A model generated the notes under the pieces. That model was given only the letters and a program-made list of their open reading frames with translations, did not search any database and was not told where the DNA came from. A program made the position numbers and the translations under genes. From Halomarina litorea (lineage in GTDB: Archaea > Halobacteriota > Halobacteria > Halobacteriales > Haloarculaceae), in the NCBI RefSeq assembly GCF_024227715.1, contig NZ_CP100448.1, positions 1,609,655 through 1,633,654 of the forward strand: a DNA stretch of 24,000 bases, read 5' to 3'. Positions within the stretch are counted from its first letter, which is position 1, and each line of letters begins with the position of its first letter. This document shows positions 23,415-24,000 of this stretch, piece after piece.

Positions 23415-23924
23415 ATGACCGACGCACCCGGCTACCGTCACGTCGTCGTCGACGACCTGCCCGACGCCCCGAACCCGACCCGTCACAAGAAGGAGGTGGA
23501 CGAGGCGGTCGGCGCGAGCGAGTTCGGCTTCAACGTTATCACGGCCGCCCCCGGCGAGCGCCTCCCGTGGGGCTACCACCGCCACCCGGACCACGAGGAA
23601 CTGTTCTACGTCCTCGCGGGGACCGTCGCCTTCGAGACCTCGGAGGGGACCTTCGAGGTGGGTGCCGGCGAGGCGTTCTTTGTCCCGCGGGACGCCCCGA
23701 ACCGGGGCGTCGCCGTCGGCGAGGCGGCCGCGAGGGTGGTCGCGGTGGGCGCGCCCAAGGCCAGCGACGACGCGGCCATCGAGGAGGAGTGTGCGGTCTG
23801 TGGAGCGGTGACCGGCCGGGAGTTCGCGGTGGTCGACCACGAGGGCGAACGCGCCTACCAGTTGTCGTGTGCGGACTGCGGCGCGGAACTGGACCTGCTG
23901 ACCGCGGGCCCGTCCGGGTCCTGA
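23415..23924 (+). CDS. Cupin-domain protein with a C-terminal CxxC...CxxC zinc-ribbon extension
   Basis: 169 aa. Cupin motif 1 is WGYHRHPDHEELFYVLAG and motif 2 region is GEAFFVPRDAPNRG. The C-terminal segment is CAVCGAVTGREFAVVDHEGERAYQLSCADCGAEL. Confidence 0.85.
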   Translation: MTDAPGYRHVVVDDLPDAPNPTRHKKEVDEAVGASEFGFNVITAAPGERLPWGYHRHPDHEELFYVLAGTVAFETSEGTFEVGAGEAFFVPRDAPNRGVAVGEAAARVVAVGAPKASDDAAIEEECAVCGAVTGREFAVVDHEGERAYQLSCADCGAELDLLTAGPSGS

Positions 23925-24000
23925 CCCGGCGGTCGACTCGCCAAGGAGCCCCGGAGACTACCCGAGTCGGTCGGTGTCGATGTGGACGCCGGGCGGCGAG

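Noticed and set aside
23959-24000. A possible 3' end of a minus-strand gene (reverse-complement reading ...PPGVHIDTDRLG-stop, with the stop at 23959-23961).
   Set aside because: Only about 13 codons are visible at the window edge, which is not enough to support a feature.
1-24000. A search for mobile elements, integrases, prophage genes, toxin-antitoxin pairs, and CRISPR/cas or restriction-modification genes.
   Set aside because: I recognised no transposase, integrase or recombinase motifs, no terminal inverted or direct repeats, and no compositional island. The only AT-rich spots are short promoter-sized elements. The window looks like core chromosome rather than an integrated element.

Overview
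This is a gene-dense, very GC-rich chromosomal segment that looks haloarchaeal (class Halobacteria). The real ORFs encode strongly acidic proteins with G/C at almost every third codon position. Short AT-rich TATA-like boxes sit about 25-30 nt upstream of most start codons, which suggests leaderless mRNAs. Long Arg/Pro/Gly-rich shadow ORFs on the other frames are artefacts of the GC content. I support 27 protein-coding genes (one partial at the left edge) plus 2 micro-ORFs below the ORF-track cutoff. I found no rRNA, tRNA, CRISPR array, transposase, integrase or terminal repeats. Most genes are ordinary housekeeping or accessory metabolism: alpha/beta hydrolase, FAH-family hydrolase, UPF0173 MBL hydrolase, OsmC, HIBADH-like dehydrogenase, SAM methyltransferase, CutA, RNase H-like exonuclease, DtxR/SirR-type regulator, VOC and cupin. 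Three things stand out. (1) A compact N-glycosylation locus at about 11.1-18.4 kb. The oligosaccharyltransferase aglB (WWDYG motif) is separated by 1 nt from a DUF368 (PopT-type polyprenyl-phosphate transporter family) gene. It is flanked by an AglG-like GT2, a TrmB-family regulator, and an AglJ-like dolichyl-phosphate glycosyltransferase. (2) A perfect 8-bp inverted repeat matching the published haloarchaeal TrmB motif TACT-N7-8-GAGTA lies immediately upstream of an unannotated 40-aa CxC micro-ORF, between trmB and aglJ. (3) A 700-aa orphan protein has a C-terminal region with the His/Cys dyad pattern of a CHAT/caspase-like protease. It is packed next to a hydrophobic 44-aa micro-ORF, a JAB/MPN-like protein with a degenerate JAMM motif, and an RHH protein. 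Many starts were trimmed from the longest-ORF coordinates using TATA spacing and third-position GC. Those starts are inferences.
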